Below are positions 24,087 through 35,334 of a stretch of 49,343 bases of DNA, piece by piece. The notes under the pieces were generated by a model. That model was not told where the DNA came from. It saw nothing but the letters and a program-made list of their open reading frames with translations, and did not search any database. Position 1 is the stretch's first letter; every line of letters starts with the position of its first letter. The DNA comes from Actinomycetes bacterium (lineage in GTDB: Bacteria; Actinomycetota; CALGFH01). A program made the position numbers and the translations under genes. The stretch is taken from positions 1 through 49,343 of the forward strand of contig JBJMHP010000221.1 in the NCBI GenBank assembly GCA_045807325.1, written 5' to 3'.

Positions 24087-24102
24087 AGGAGGCCCTTGGC
24101 CC
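23900..24102 (+). ncRNA. Predicted TnpB omega RNA scaffold plus flanking guide. Extent is approximate.
   Basis: Position is by analogy with characterised TnpB systems. Right-end hairpin potential lies in 24056-24080. The guide would be AGGAGGCCCTTGGCCC, after TCAA. Confidence 0.35.
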
Positions 24103-25123
24103 TGGCCTGGGCCTTGAGGCGCAGGAACTCCTGGTAGCTGTTGGTGAAGGCGTGCCCGCCGTCCTTGGAGGCGAGCACGTAGTAGATCCAGTCGCCGTCG
24201 GCCGGCTGGAGGGCGGCCCGGATGGCGGCCTCGCCGGGGGCGGCGATCGGGGTCGGGGGCAGGCCGGTGTGGACGTAGGTGTTGTACGGCGAGGGGGAGC
24301 CGAGATCCTGGGCGGTCAGGCGGGCGTGGCCGACCGCGTACCGCACGGTGGCGTCGACCTCCAGCTTCCGGCCGGCGGCCAGCCGGTTGTAGATGACGGC
24401 GGCGATCTTGGGCCGGTCGGCCTCCACCTTGGCCTCCCGCTCGATCATGCTGGCCACGATCAGCAGCTGGTAGGGGCTGAGCTTCTGGGGGGCGGTGGAG
24501 AGCTGGTAGCGCGACAGCACCACCTCCAGCTGGTCGAGCATCTTCTGGATCACGCCGATGGCGGTGTCGTCGGGCTCGATGCCGTAGGTGTCAGGGAACA
24601 GCAGGCCCTCCAGCGAGGTCACGCCCTTGGGCCGGCGGGGGACGATCAGGTCCTTGCTCTTGAGGGCCTGCTGGAGCTCGGCCTTGGTGAACTGCTTGGT
24701 GGCGGCGATCGTGTCGACGATCTGGGCCACCGTGTAGCCCTCGGGGATGGTGAACGGGATCCCGGTCCTGGGCCCCTTGGCCAGGATGTCGAGCACGGCG
24801 TCGATGCTCATGCCGGTCTCGAGCTTGTAGGTGCCCGGCTTGAGCAGGCTGTCCAGGCCGCGCTCCTCGGCGACGTCGCGGAAGCGGTTGACGCTGTCCA
24901 CCACCCCGGCGTCGCGCAGGGCCCGGCCGATCTCCACGCTGCTCTGGCCGCTGGCGACGGTGATGGTCACCGGCTGGCCGGGCGGCGGGGCCTTCTTCTC
25001 CCTGGCCGCGCTCCACTGCAGGGCCTGGAACACGCCCGCGCCGGCCAGGAGCAGCAGCAGCCCCATCACCAGCACCCCGCGGCGGCGCCGGCGCATCCGG
25101 AGCCGCCGCTCCGCCCGGCTCAC
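24083..25123 (-). CDS. mltG: Endolytic murein transglycosylase MltG (YceG-like).
   Basis: 346 aa. N-terminal TM, then VTITVASGQSSVEIGRALRDAGVV, LEGLLFPDTY, ASMIEREA and NTYVHTGLPPTPIAAPG motifs. Confidence 0.92.
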   Translation of the reverse strand: MSRAERRLRMRRRRRGVLVMGLLLLLAGAGVFQALQWSAAREKKAPPPGQPVTITVASGQSSVEIGRALRDAGVVDSVNRFRDVAEERGLDSLLKPGTYKLETGMSIDAVLDILAKGPRTGIPFTIPEGYTVAQIVDTIAATKQFTKAELQQALKSKDLIVPRRPKGVTSLEGLLFPDTYGIEPDDTAIGVIQKMLDQLEVVLSRYQLSTAPQKLSPYQLLIVASMIEREAKVEADRPKIAAVIYNRLAAGRKLEVDATVRYAVGHARLTAQDLGSPSPYNTYVHTGLPPTPIAAPGEAAIRAALQPADGDWIYYVLASKDGGHAFTNSYQEFLRLKAQARAKGLL

Positions 25124-25553
25124 GACCGTCCGGCCTTCCCGGCCCGGCGGTCCAGCCAGGTCTGGAGGAAGACGCTGGCCGCGACCTGGTCGACGACCTG
25201 GCGCCGGTCGCGGCGGCGGACCCCGCCGCCGACCAGGGCCCGCTCGGCGGCCACGGTGGACAGCCGCTCGTCGACCAACTCGAAGGCCAGCCCGGGCAGC
25301 AGCGGGCGCAGCTCGTCCAGGTAGGCGCGGACGGCCCTGGCCGCCGGGCCCTCGGCGCCGGCCAGGGTCAGGGGCAGGCCGGCGACCACCGTGGTGGCGT
25401 CGTGCTCGGCCGCCAGGGCGGCCAGGGCGGCGGCGTCCTCGGCCGGGGTCCGGCGCGGGACGGTGGCGAGCGGGCTGGCCACCGTCCCGGTCGGGTCGGA
25501 CACGGCAACCCCCAGACGTCGGCTGCCGACGTCGAGGGCGAGGACGCGACCCG

Positions 25554-25557
<4 letters not shown>
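25120..25557 (-). CDS. ruvX: Holliday-junction-resolvase-like nuclease RuvX (YqgF).
   Basis: 145 aa from ATG 25557. GRVLALDVGSRRLGVAVSD...VVAGLPLTLAG...VDERLSTV. ATGA overlap with alaS and GTGA overlap with mltG. Confidence 0.9.
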
Positions 25558-28259
<2,702 letters not shown>

Positions 28260-28319
28260 GGTCTGGACCTCGCGTTCGTGGGTCGGGAGCCGGCCGCCTC
28301 GCCGAACCGGGCCAAGGCG

Positions 28320-28568
28320 CTAACGGGCCCCGCTCCCCGGCTCGGCGAGCTGAGCTCGCAGCTCCGCCTCCCGCTCGGCCATGGCCGCCTGGCCCTGCGC
28401 CAGCGCCCCGGACAGGCGCTCACGCCAGTCGGTGGCCGTCTGGACCAGCTCCTCGGCCAGCGACTGGGGGGCCAGCCGGTCCGCAGTCCGCGACGCCCAC
28501 CGCATCACGCCCACGCCGATGGCCGCCCCCATCCCGAGGCCCACCAGCCCCCAGAAGAGGCGCTTCAT
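28320..28568 (-). CDS. Small membrane protein with a coiled C-terminal region.
   Basis: Start at ATG 28568. MKRLFWGLVGLGMGAAIGVGVMRW is a TM segment, followed by a helical A/E/Q-rich tail. Confidence 0.55.
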   Translation of the reverse strand: MKRLFWGLVGLGMGAAIGVGVMRWASRTADRLAPQSLAEELVQTATDWRERLSGALAQGQAAMAEREAELRAQLAEPGSGAR

Positions 28569-28572
28569 GGGC

Positions 28573-28968
28573 TCATCGCCGCCTCCGGCCACGGCGGCGG
28601 CCCCGGCCCGGCTGGTCGTCGGAGAAGGCGGTGCCGGCCGCCTTGCGCAGCCCGTAGGCGAGCGCGCTCAGCTTGACCAGGGGGCTGGAGATGGTGGCCG
28701 ACACGGTGTTGAGCATGCCGCCCACCGAGGCGGTGACCCCCTCGGCGGTGGCCAGGATGCCGTCGACCCGGGTGAGCTCCTGGTTGACCATGGTCACGGT
28801 GGTGTTGACCTCGCCCAGCAGGGGCACGGTCTGGGAGGTCACCCCGTCGATCAGGTCCTTGGTCGAGGTCAGCACCCGGAACAGGTTGGCCATCACGACA
28901 CACAGCACGACGACCAGCGCGCCGACCAGGAAGGCGACGATCGTCCAGGCGATGGCCAGCAGGCTCAC
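28573..28968 (-). CDS. DUF948-like membrane protein.
   Basis: 131 aa. N-terminal TM, LLAIAWTIVAFLVGALVVVLCVVMA, then T/V-rich helical repeats. GTG start after GAGGAG. Confidence 0.7.
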   Translation of the reverse strand: MSLLAIAWTIVAFLVGALVVVLCVVMANLFRVLTSTKDLIDGVTSQTVPLLGEVNTTVTMVNQELTRVDGILATAEGVTASVGGMLNTVSATISSPLVKLSALAYGLRKAAGTAFSDDQPGRGRRRGRRRR

Positions 28969-29121
28969 GGGTTCTGCTCCTCGTCGTCCGTCGGGTCCGG
29001 AACGCTCCAGCTTAGCCGGTCCGACCCGGTCCGGCCCGCGGATTTCGGGGGATGGCGCGCTGGAGCCGCCGGGAGTCTACCCGACCGTGGAGGGAGAGGG
29101 ATTCCGCGCCGGAGGGCCCGG

Positions 29122-30510
29122 TCAGGAGCGGGCCGGGACGGGGTCGACCACGAAGTCCCGCTGGCGGACCAGGACCGCCGCCAGGGCGGCCCCGGCGGTG
29201 GCGATCCCGGCGCTGACCAGCAGGATGTGGTCGAGGGCGTCGGCGAAGGCTGCCGGGTCGGCCTCGATGTGGGTCGGGAGCAGGATGCCCAGGGCGGCGA
29301 TGCCGATGGCGATCCCGACCTGGCGGAAGGTGTTGCTGACCCCGGAGGCCATGCCGCTGCGGGTGGCCGGGACGACACCGAGGGCGGCGTAGGTCACGGC
29401 CGGGTTGGACAGGCCGATCCCGACCCCCAGGACCAGCAGCCCGGGCAGCATGACGGTCCAGGGGGAGGTCGCCTCCAGCCCACGCATGGCCAGCAGGCCG
29501 GCCGCGCACAGCAGCTGCCCGGCGGGCAGGGCGGCCCGCACGGGCAGGACCTGGGCAAAGCGGCCGCCCAGCACCGACACCACCAGGGCGGCCACCGACA
29601 GGGGGAGCAGCTGCAGCCCGACCGCGGTCGGGGAGGCCCCGGCCGCGTCCAGCAGGAACAGCGTCAGGTACAGGAACGGGCCGAAGGTCGAGGCGGCCAG
29701 GACCATCACCACCACCGAGGCCCCGATGAAGGTGGGGATGGCGAACAGGCGCAGGTCGAGCATGGGCTCGCGCTGGCGCCGCTCGACGGCCACGAAGGCG
29801 GCCAGCAGCACCGCCGCCGCGGCGGCGGTGGCCACGATGACCCCGCTCCCCCAGCCGAGCACGTCGCCGCGGGTGAGGGCGAACACCCCACAGAACAGGC
29901 CCAGGCTCAGGGTGGCCGTGCCCGGCCAGTCGACCCGCTCGGCGTCCGGGTCCTGCGACTCACGCAGGTGCCGGGCGGCCACCGGGAGGCAGGCCAGGGC
30001 GACCGCGGCGTCGAGGGCGAAGATGGCCCGCCAGCCGAACGACTCGGTGAGCAGCCCGCCCTCCAGGGGGCCGACCGCGAACGCGGCCGCGACCGTCGCC
30101 CCCCACACGCCGAGGGCGCCGGCCCGGGCCGGGCCGGTGAAGTCCTGAGCCAGCAGGGCGAGCGAGGAGGAGAGCAGCACCGCCCCGGCCAGCCCCTGGA
30201 CGGCCCGGCCGGCGATCAGGACCAGCGGCGATGGCGCGGCCGCGCACAGCACCGAGGCGGCCGCGAAGGCGGCCAGACCGCCCAGGAACATGCGCCGCCG
30301 CCCCATCAGGTCGGCCAGGGTGCCGGCGGTGAGCAGGGTCGCGGCCAGGGCGAGCGAGTAGCCGCTGACCACCCACTGCATCACGCTCAGCTCGGCCCCC
30401 AGGGCCTGGCCCACGGCGGGCAGGGCGACGCTGGGCGCGGACACGTTCAGCAGCAGCACCCCGGTGGCCAGGCAGACCACCAGCAGCGTCCAGCGGCGGT
30501 CGTGGGTCAA
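29122..30510 (-). CDS. MFS transporter, DHA2 (14-TM, EmrB/QacA-like).
   Basis: Probable TTG start at 30510, overlapping the upstream stop (TTGA). WTLLVVCLATGVLLLNVSAPSVALPAVGQALGAELSVMQWVVSGYSLALAATLLTAGTLADLMGRRRMF is a typical DHA2 N-terminus. Confidence 0.85.
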   Translation of the reverse strand: MTHDRRWTLLVVCLATGVLLLNVSAPSVALPAVGQALGAELSVMQWVVSGYSLALAATLLTAGTLADLMGRRRMFLGGLAAFAAASVLCAAAPSPLVLIAGRAVQGLAGAVLLSSSLALLAQDFTGPARAGALGVWGATVAAAFAVGPLEGGLLTESFGWRAIFALDAAVALACLPVAARHLRESQDPDAERVDWPGTATLSLGLFCGVFALTRGDVLGWGSGVIVATAAAAAVLLAAFVAVERRQREPMLDLRLFAIPTFIGASVVVMVLAASTFGPFLYLTLFLLDAAGASPTAVGLQLLPLSVAALVVSVLGGRFAQVLPVRAALPAGQLLCAAGLLAMRGLEATSPWTVMLPGLLVLGVGIGLSNPAVTYAALGVVPATRSGMASGVSNTFRQVGIAIGIAALGILLPTHIEADPAAFADALDHILLVSAGIATAGAALAAVLVRQRDFVVDPVPARS

Positions 30511-30800
30511 CCGCCGGGGCGGGCCGGCTCGGCCCCCTCGAGCTCGAAGGCGAGCTCGTCCACGTAGCACCACCACCAGTCCTCGCCCGGCTCGTAGCTG
30601 CGGATGATCGGGTGCCCGGTGCCCTGGAAGTGCTTGGTGGCATGGCGGTTGGGCGAGTTGTCGCAGCAGCCGACCCGGCCGCACTCCACGCACAGCCGCA
30701 GCTCGACCCAGGTCCCGCCGGTGGCCAGGCAGTCCTGACAGCCGGGCTGGTTGGTGCTCTCGACACGGATCTGGTCCAGATGGGTGCACTCGTCGGTCAT
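30507..30800 (-). CDS. UBP-type zinc-finger protein.
   Basis: 97 aa from ATG 30800. CTHLDQI...CQDCLATGGTWVELRLCVECGRVGCCDNSPNRHATKHFQGTGHPII is the zf-UBP pattern. Confidence 0.85.
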   Translation of the reverse strand: MTDECTHLDQIRVESTNQPGCQDCLATGGTWVELRLCVECGRVGCCDNSPNRHATKHFQGTGHPIIRSYEPGEDWWWCYVDELAFELEGAEPARPGG

Positions 30801-30855
30801 GGCGGCGCTCCAGGGGGGTGAGGGTGCAGGGAATGGAACCAGAGGGTACCGGGGC

Positions 30856-30882
30856 CAACAGCCGTGGGGCCGGCCGCATTCC
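30856..30882 (-). promoter_or_regulatory. Candidate sigma-R/sigma-H (ECF) type promoter.
   Basis: The minus strand reads GGAAT (30882-30878), an 18-nt spacer, then GTTG (30859-30856). This is about 56 nt upstream of the zf-UBP ATG and is an exact match to the published GGAAT-N18-GTTG consensus. Confidence 0.5.
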
Positions 30883-30904
30883 GGTTCGCGGGGGCGCCGG
30901 CCGG

Positions 30905-31792
30905 TCAGGCCGCCGGCTCGGGGAGGCCGACCGGGTTGGGGAACGGCACCCCGCGGCCCTGGACGATCAGCCGGGTCGGCCTCCCCAGCAGGTCGAGGAG
31001 CCGGGCGCAGCCCTGCTCGCCCAGGTGCCGCCAGGGGTCCACGGCCAGGTCGTCGGTGCGGTCCTCGATGGCGGCCCGGGTGGCCCGGCCGGCCTCGGTC
31101 AGCCGGCCGTCCCCGGTGACCAGCCCGCGGGCCCGGAGCCGGGCCGCGGCCGCGGCCCACTCCTCCTCCGACCAGCCCCGGTACTCGCGCAGGAACGCCC
31201 CGGGGAGCTGGCCGGCGCCGGCGGCCAGGACGTGGGCCTCGCAGCCGTCAACCCCGTCGGCGAGCAGGCAGGCGACGTGGCCGTCGCCGCGGAACTCGCG
31301 GTAGAGGGTGGCGGCGTGCCACAGGGCCAGGTGGGGGTCCTGGGGCCATCCGAGGGCGGCGTGGGCGGCGAACAGCGGCCGCCCGGCCGGGTCGCGGCCC
31401 TCCATGGCCCGGCGGCCCAGGGCGGCCGCCTCGGCGGCCTCGGGGCCCTCGGCCCAGCCGCCGAGCAGACGCCGCAGGGCGGCGTCGGCGCCCTCCAGCC
31501 GGGCCGCCAGCACCGCCTCCGGCGGGGCGAACCCCCAGGCGTCGGGGATGGCCCGGTGCACCATGCGCGGGTGGAAGTTGTAGAAGGTGGCCACCACCAC
31601 CTCGGCCGGGACCGGGCCCATGGCGGCCGACCGGGAGGCGAAGTACCCCATCCAGCCGCCGCGCAGCCCGGCCCGGCGGTAGGCGTCGCGCGGCTCGGGG
31701 GCGAAGTAGACGGTCATGTGCAGGGTCTCCAGGGCCTGCCACATGCGCCGGGCCATCGCCGACCCGCCGGCCGCGGGCGCGGCCGGGCTCAT
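30905..31792 (-). CDS. Conserved actinobacterial protein of unknown function (SCO6745-like).
   Basis: 295 aa. ARRMWQALETLHMTVYFAPEPRDAYRRAGLRGGWMGYFASRSAAMGPVP..FYNFHPRMV. ATGA overlap with rarA. Confidence 0.7.
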   Translation of the reverse strand: MSPAAPAAGGSAMARRMWQALETLHMTVYFAPEPRDAYRRAGLRGGWMGYFASRSAAMGPVPAEVVVATFYNFHPRMVHRAIPDAWGFAPPEAVLAARLEGADAALRRLLGGWAEGPEAAEAAALGRRAMEGRDPAGRPLFAAHAALGWPQDPHLALWHAATLYREFRGDGHVACLLADGVDGCEAHVLAAGAGQLPGAFLREYRGWSEEEWAAAAARLRARGLVTGDGRLTEAGRATRAAIEDRTDDLAVDPWRHLGEQGCARLLDLLGRPTRLIVQGRGVPFPNPVGLPEPAA

Positions 31793-33201
31793 CCGCGCTC
31801 CTGCCGGTCGGGTCGGCCGTCAGGGTCGCCGTCGGCCGGTGGGTCGGGGGGCTGGCCGCGGCGGCGCCGCCAGGCCTCGGCCAGCCGCGCCTCCTGGCCC
31901 TGGTCGGAGGGCCGGTAGTAGCCGCCGCGGAGGCCCTCGGGCAGGTAGCGCTGGGCCACCCAGTGGTCGGGGTGGTCGTGGGGGTAGACGTAGCCGACGC
32001 CGATGCCGAGCTTGCGCTCGCCCGGGTAGGAGGCCGACTGGAGGTGGCTGGGGACCCGGCCCGGCCGGGCCTCCTCGAGCTCGCGGGTGGCCTCCCCCAG
32101 GGCGGCGTAGGCGCTGTTGGACTTGGGGGCCAGGGCGAGGTAGACGACCGCCTCGGCCAGGTTGAGGCGGGCCTCGGGCAGCCCGACGAACTCGAGCGCC
32201 TGGAAGGCGGCGACCGCCACCGGGAGGGCCTGGGGATCGGCCAGGCCGACGTCCTCGGAGGCCGAGATGACCAGCCGGCGGGCGATGAACCGGGGGTCCT
32301 CGCCGGCGGCCAGCATGCGGGCCAGGTAGTGGAGGGCGGCGTCGGGGTCGGAGCCGCGGATCGACTTGATGAAGGCGCTGGCCACGTCGTAGTGCTGGTC
32401 GCCGGCCCGGTCGTAGGTGACCCGGGGCCGCTGGAGGGCGTCCTCGATGTCGGCCAGGGTGATCCGGGTGGCCCGACTCTCCGGTGGACCCCCCTGGGGT
32501 CCCCCGGACCCCCCCGGCTTGGCGGTGACGACCAGGGCGGCCGCCTCCAGGGCGTTGAGGGCGTGGCGGGCGTCGCCGTCGGCCCGGTCGACCAGGTGGG
32601 CCAGGGCGTCGTCGTCGAGGGTCAGGTCCTGGCCGCCGAGGCCCCGCTCGGGGTCGGCCAGGGCCCGGGTGACGATCGTCTCCAGCTCCCCGGTGCCGAG
32701 CGGCTCCAGCCGGAACAGCAGCGAGCGGCTCATCAGGGGGGCGTTGACGGTGAAGAACGGGTTCTCGGTGGTCGCCCCGACCAGCACCACCGTGCGGTCC
32801 TCGACCCCGGGCAGCAGGGCGTCCTGCTGGCCCTTGTTGAACCGGTGGATCTCGTCGATGAACAGGATGCTGCGTCGGCCCAGGGCGCCGAGCCGCTCGC
32901 GGGCCGCGGCCAGCACCGCCCGCACGTCCTTGACCCCGGCGCTGGTCGCCGACAGCTCCTCGAAATGGGACCGGGTGGCGTTGGCGATGATGTGGGCCAG
33001 CGAGGTCTTGCCGGTCCCGGCCGGCCCCCACAGGATCACCGACCGCAGCTCGTCGGCCTCGATCAGGGCCCGCAGGGCGCTGTGGGGCCCGAGCACGTGG
33101 CTCTGGCCGACGAACTCCTCCAGGGTCCGCGGCCGCATCCGCGCGGCCAGCGGCGCCTCCTGGTCGCCGAGCCGGTCGGCCCGCTCCGAGAACAGGTCCA
33201 T
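31789..33201 (-). CDS. rarA: Replication-associated recombination protein A (AAA+ ATPase).
   Basis: Start at ATG 33201. MDLFSE...PLAARMRPRTLEEFVGQSHVLG...ILWGPAGTGKTSLA...ILFIDEIHRFNKGQQDALLP. Confidence 0.93.
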   Translation of the reverse strand: MDLFSERADRLGDQEAPLAARMRPRTLEEFVGQSHVLGPHSALRALIEADELRSVILWGPAGTGKTSLAHIIANATRSHFEELSATSAGVKDVRAVLAAARERLGALGRRSILFIDEIHRFNKGQQDALLPGVEDRTVVLVGATTENPFFTVNAPLMSRSLLFRLEPLGTGELETIVTRALADPERGLGGQDLTLDDDALAHLVDRADGDARHALNALEAAALVVTAKPGGSGGPQGGPPESRATRITLADIEDALQRPRVTYDRAGDQHYDVASAFIKSIRGSDPDAALHYLARMLAAGEDPRFIARRLVISASEDVGLADPQALPVAVAAFQALEFVGLPEARLNLAEAVVYLALAPKSNSAYAALGEATRELEEARPGRVPSHLQSASYPGERKLGIGVGYVYPHDHPDHWVAQRYLPEGLRGGYYRPSDQGQEARLAEAWRRRRGQPPDPPADGDPDGRPDRQERG

Positions 33202-33249
33202 GGTCGGGCCATCGTAGCCGCTCGGCCGGTGCATCCTCGGCCTGAGCGC

Positions 33250-33292
33250 GCCAGGGCCCGCCCGGCGCCTCAGCGGCCGGGCGGGCCCTGGC
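33250..33292. other. Perfect 17-bp GC hairpin.
   Basis: GCCAGGGCCCGCCCGGC-gcctcagcg-GCCGGGCGGGCCCTGGC lies 49 nt upstream of the rarA start. No U tract on either strand. Confidence 0.6.
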
Positions 33293-33482
33293 GGCAGCGC
33301 TCCACGAGTGCCGTGACCGGTCGACGTTTGCACCTGCTCTCGAAGGAACAGGTGGGGTCCGCCCCAGCCGTTTCCGGTACCCGCAGCCGAAGCCGGGTGC
33401 CTTCCCCGACCGGAGTACGGTCCCCTACGTCGAAGTGTTGGCGCAAACGAAAAGCCGGCCACCAACATCGTCGGGCGCTGCC
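33293..33482. ncRNA. Candidate structured RNA (multi-helix element, unknown class).
   Basis: The region has lower GC than its surroundings and no credible ORF. Closing helix: GGCAGCGC (33293-33300) / GCGCTGCC (33475-33482). Second helix: CGTTTGC (33325-33331) / GCAAACG (33443-33449). Internal hairpins lie at 33331-33354, 33354-33365 (UCCG loop), 33376-33401 and 33408-33422. Confidence 0.3.
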
Positions 33483-33540
33483 GAGACCCGCATTGAACCA
33501 CCACCCCCCCACCCCGGCAACCGATCCCCCGGCCGGCTGG

Positions 33541-35334
33541 TCAGCCTCGGTCCTGGGGCTTGGGTCGAGGGTCGAGGGGGCGGAGGCGGACCTCGGCGAG
33601 CTGGGCGGGGGGGACGGGGGTGGGGGCGCCGGTGAGGGGGTCGGCGCCGGACTGGGTCTTGGGGAAGGTGATGACGTCGCGGATCGAGGGGGTGCCGGCC
33701 AGCAGCATGTCGAGGCGGTCGAGGCCGAAGGCGAAGCCGCCGTGCGGGGGGGCGCCGAAGGTGAGGCCCTTGAGGAAGAACCCGAAGCGGTCCTCGGCCT
33801 CCTGAGGGCTGATGCCGAGGGCCTCGAACACGCGCCGCTGGACGTCGGCGCGGTGGATACGGATGCTGCCCGAGCCGAGCTCGTAGCCGTTGAGGACCAG
33901 GTCGTAGGCGCGGGCGGTGGCCTCCTGGGGGGCGTCCGTGAAGGTGTCGGCCCACTTGGGGGACGGGGCGGTGAAGGGATGGTGGGCCGGGTCCCAGCGC
34001 TTGGCCTCCTCGTCCCACTCGAACATGGGGAACTCGGTGACCCACAGGAACTTCCAGTCGTCCTCGGGGACCAGGCCGCGTTCGGCGGCCAGGCGCACCC
34101 GCAGGTCCCCGAGGACGGTCTGGGCGACCGGGGTGCGGTCGGCGGCCACCAGCAGCAGGTCGCCGGGCCGGGCGCCGGTGGCCTGGCGCAGGGCGTCGCG
34201 TTCGGTGTCGGTGAAGAACTTGTCCAGGGGCGACCGCGGCCCGTCGGCCTCGACCGCGACCCAGGCCAGGCCCCTGGCCCCCCGGGCCTTGGCCTGCTCG
34301 GTGAGGGTGTCGAGCTGCCTGCGGGTGAGGTCGGCTCCCCCCTCGACCCGCAGGCCCAGCACCGACCCGCCGGCCTCCAGGGCGGCGGCGAAGATCCCGA
34401 CCCCGGTGCCGACGAACACCGGCCTCAAATCGACGAGCTCCATGCCGTAGCGCAGGTCGGGCTTGTCGGTGCCGAAGCGGCGCATCGCCTCGGCGTGGGT
34501 GAGACGCGGGAACGGGACCGGCAGCTCCATCCCGAGGACGTCGCGCCAGACGGCCGCCATCAGCTCCTCGCCCAGGGCGTAGACGTCCTCCTCGTCGAGG
34601 AAGGACAGCTCCAGGTCGAGCTGGGTGAACTCGGGCTGCCGGTCGGCCCGCAGGGCCTCGTCGCGGAAGCAGCGCACGATCTGGTAGTAGCGCTCGATCC
34701 CGGCCACCATCAGCAGCTGCTTGAACAGCTGGGGGGACTGGGGCAGGGCGTAGAACTGGCCGGGGGCCAGGTGGGTGGTGACCAGGAAGTCGCGCGCCCC
34801 CTCGGGGGTCGACTTGGTCAGGTACGGGGTCTCGACCTCCAGGAACCCGCGGTCGGCCAGCACCCGGCGCAGGGTGGCGTTGGCCTTGGCGCGGATCTCC
34901 AGGCCGCGCCGGGCCGCCGGGCGGCGCAGGTCCAGGTACCGGTACTGGAGGCGCAGGGTCTCGTCGGCGTCGGTGCGGCCCTCCAGCGGGAACGGCGGGG
35001 TCGCGGAGGGGGCCAGGACCGCGACGTCGGCGGCGGCGACCTCGACGTCGCCGGTGGGCAGCTCGGGGTTCTCGTTGCCGGCCGGGCGGGCCCTGACCGT
35101 GCCCGCGACCCGGACGCAGTCCTCGTTGCGGATGGCGGCCGCGGCCGGGGTCTCGTCGGGGCGGACGACCACCTGGACGACCCCGGAGGCGTCGCGCAGG
35201 TCCAGGAAGGCCACCCCGCCGTGGTCGCGGCGGCGGGCCACCCAGCCGGCCAGGCGGACCTCGGTCCCGGCGTCGCCGGCCCGCAGGGTGCCGCAGGCGT
35301 GGCTGCGCATGGCGCCGAGCAGCGGCCGGGTCAT
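33541..35334 (-). CDS. aspS: Aspartate--tRNA ligase.
   Basis: Start at ATG 35334 (ATGA overlap with hisS). RSHACGTLRAGDAGTEVRLAGWVARRRDHGGVAFLDLRDASG...FYALPQSPQLFKQLLM...GGFAFGLDRL. Confidence 0.96.
   Translation of the reverse strand: MTRPLLGAMRSHACGTLRAGDAGTEVRLAGWVARRRDHGGVAFLDLRDASGVVQVVVRPDETPAAAAIRNEDCVRVAGTVRARPAGNENPELPTGDVEVAAADVAVLAPSATPPFPLEGRTDADETLRLQYRYLDLRRPAARRGLEIRAKANATLRRVLADRGFLEVETPYLTKSTPEGARDFLVTTHLAPGQFYALPQSPQLFKQLLMVAGIERYYQIVRCFRDEALRADRQPEFTQLDLELSFLDEEDVYALGEELMAAVWRDVLGMELPVPFPRLTHAEAMRRFGTDKPDLRYGMELVDLRPVFVGTGVGIFAAALEAGGSVLGLRVEGGADLTRRQLDTLTEQAKARGARGLAWVAVEADGPRSPLDKFFTDTERDALRQATGARPGDLLLVAADRTPVAQTVLGDLRVRLAAERGLVPEDDWKFLWVTEFPMFEWDEEAKRWDPAHHPFTAPSPKWADTFTDAPQEATARAYDLVLNGYELGSGSIRIHRADVQRRVFEALGISPQEAEDRFGFFLKGLTFGAPPHGGFAFGLDRLDMLLAGTPSIRDVITFPKTQSGADPLTGAPTPVPPAQLAEVRLRPLDPRPKPQDRG

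Noticed and set aside
29074-29105. Second sigma-R-like promoter (GGAAT-N18-GGGT) upstream of the DUF948 gene.
   Set aside because: The -10 element is GGGT rather than GTTG. An overlapping TAGACT hexamer (29079-29074, minus strand) is a more ordinary housekeeping -10 candidate.
33487-33505. tRNA-like T-arm (GGTTCAATGCGGG on the minus strand).
   Set aside because: No acceptor stem, anticodon arm or D-arm can be built around it.
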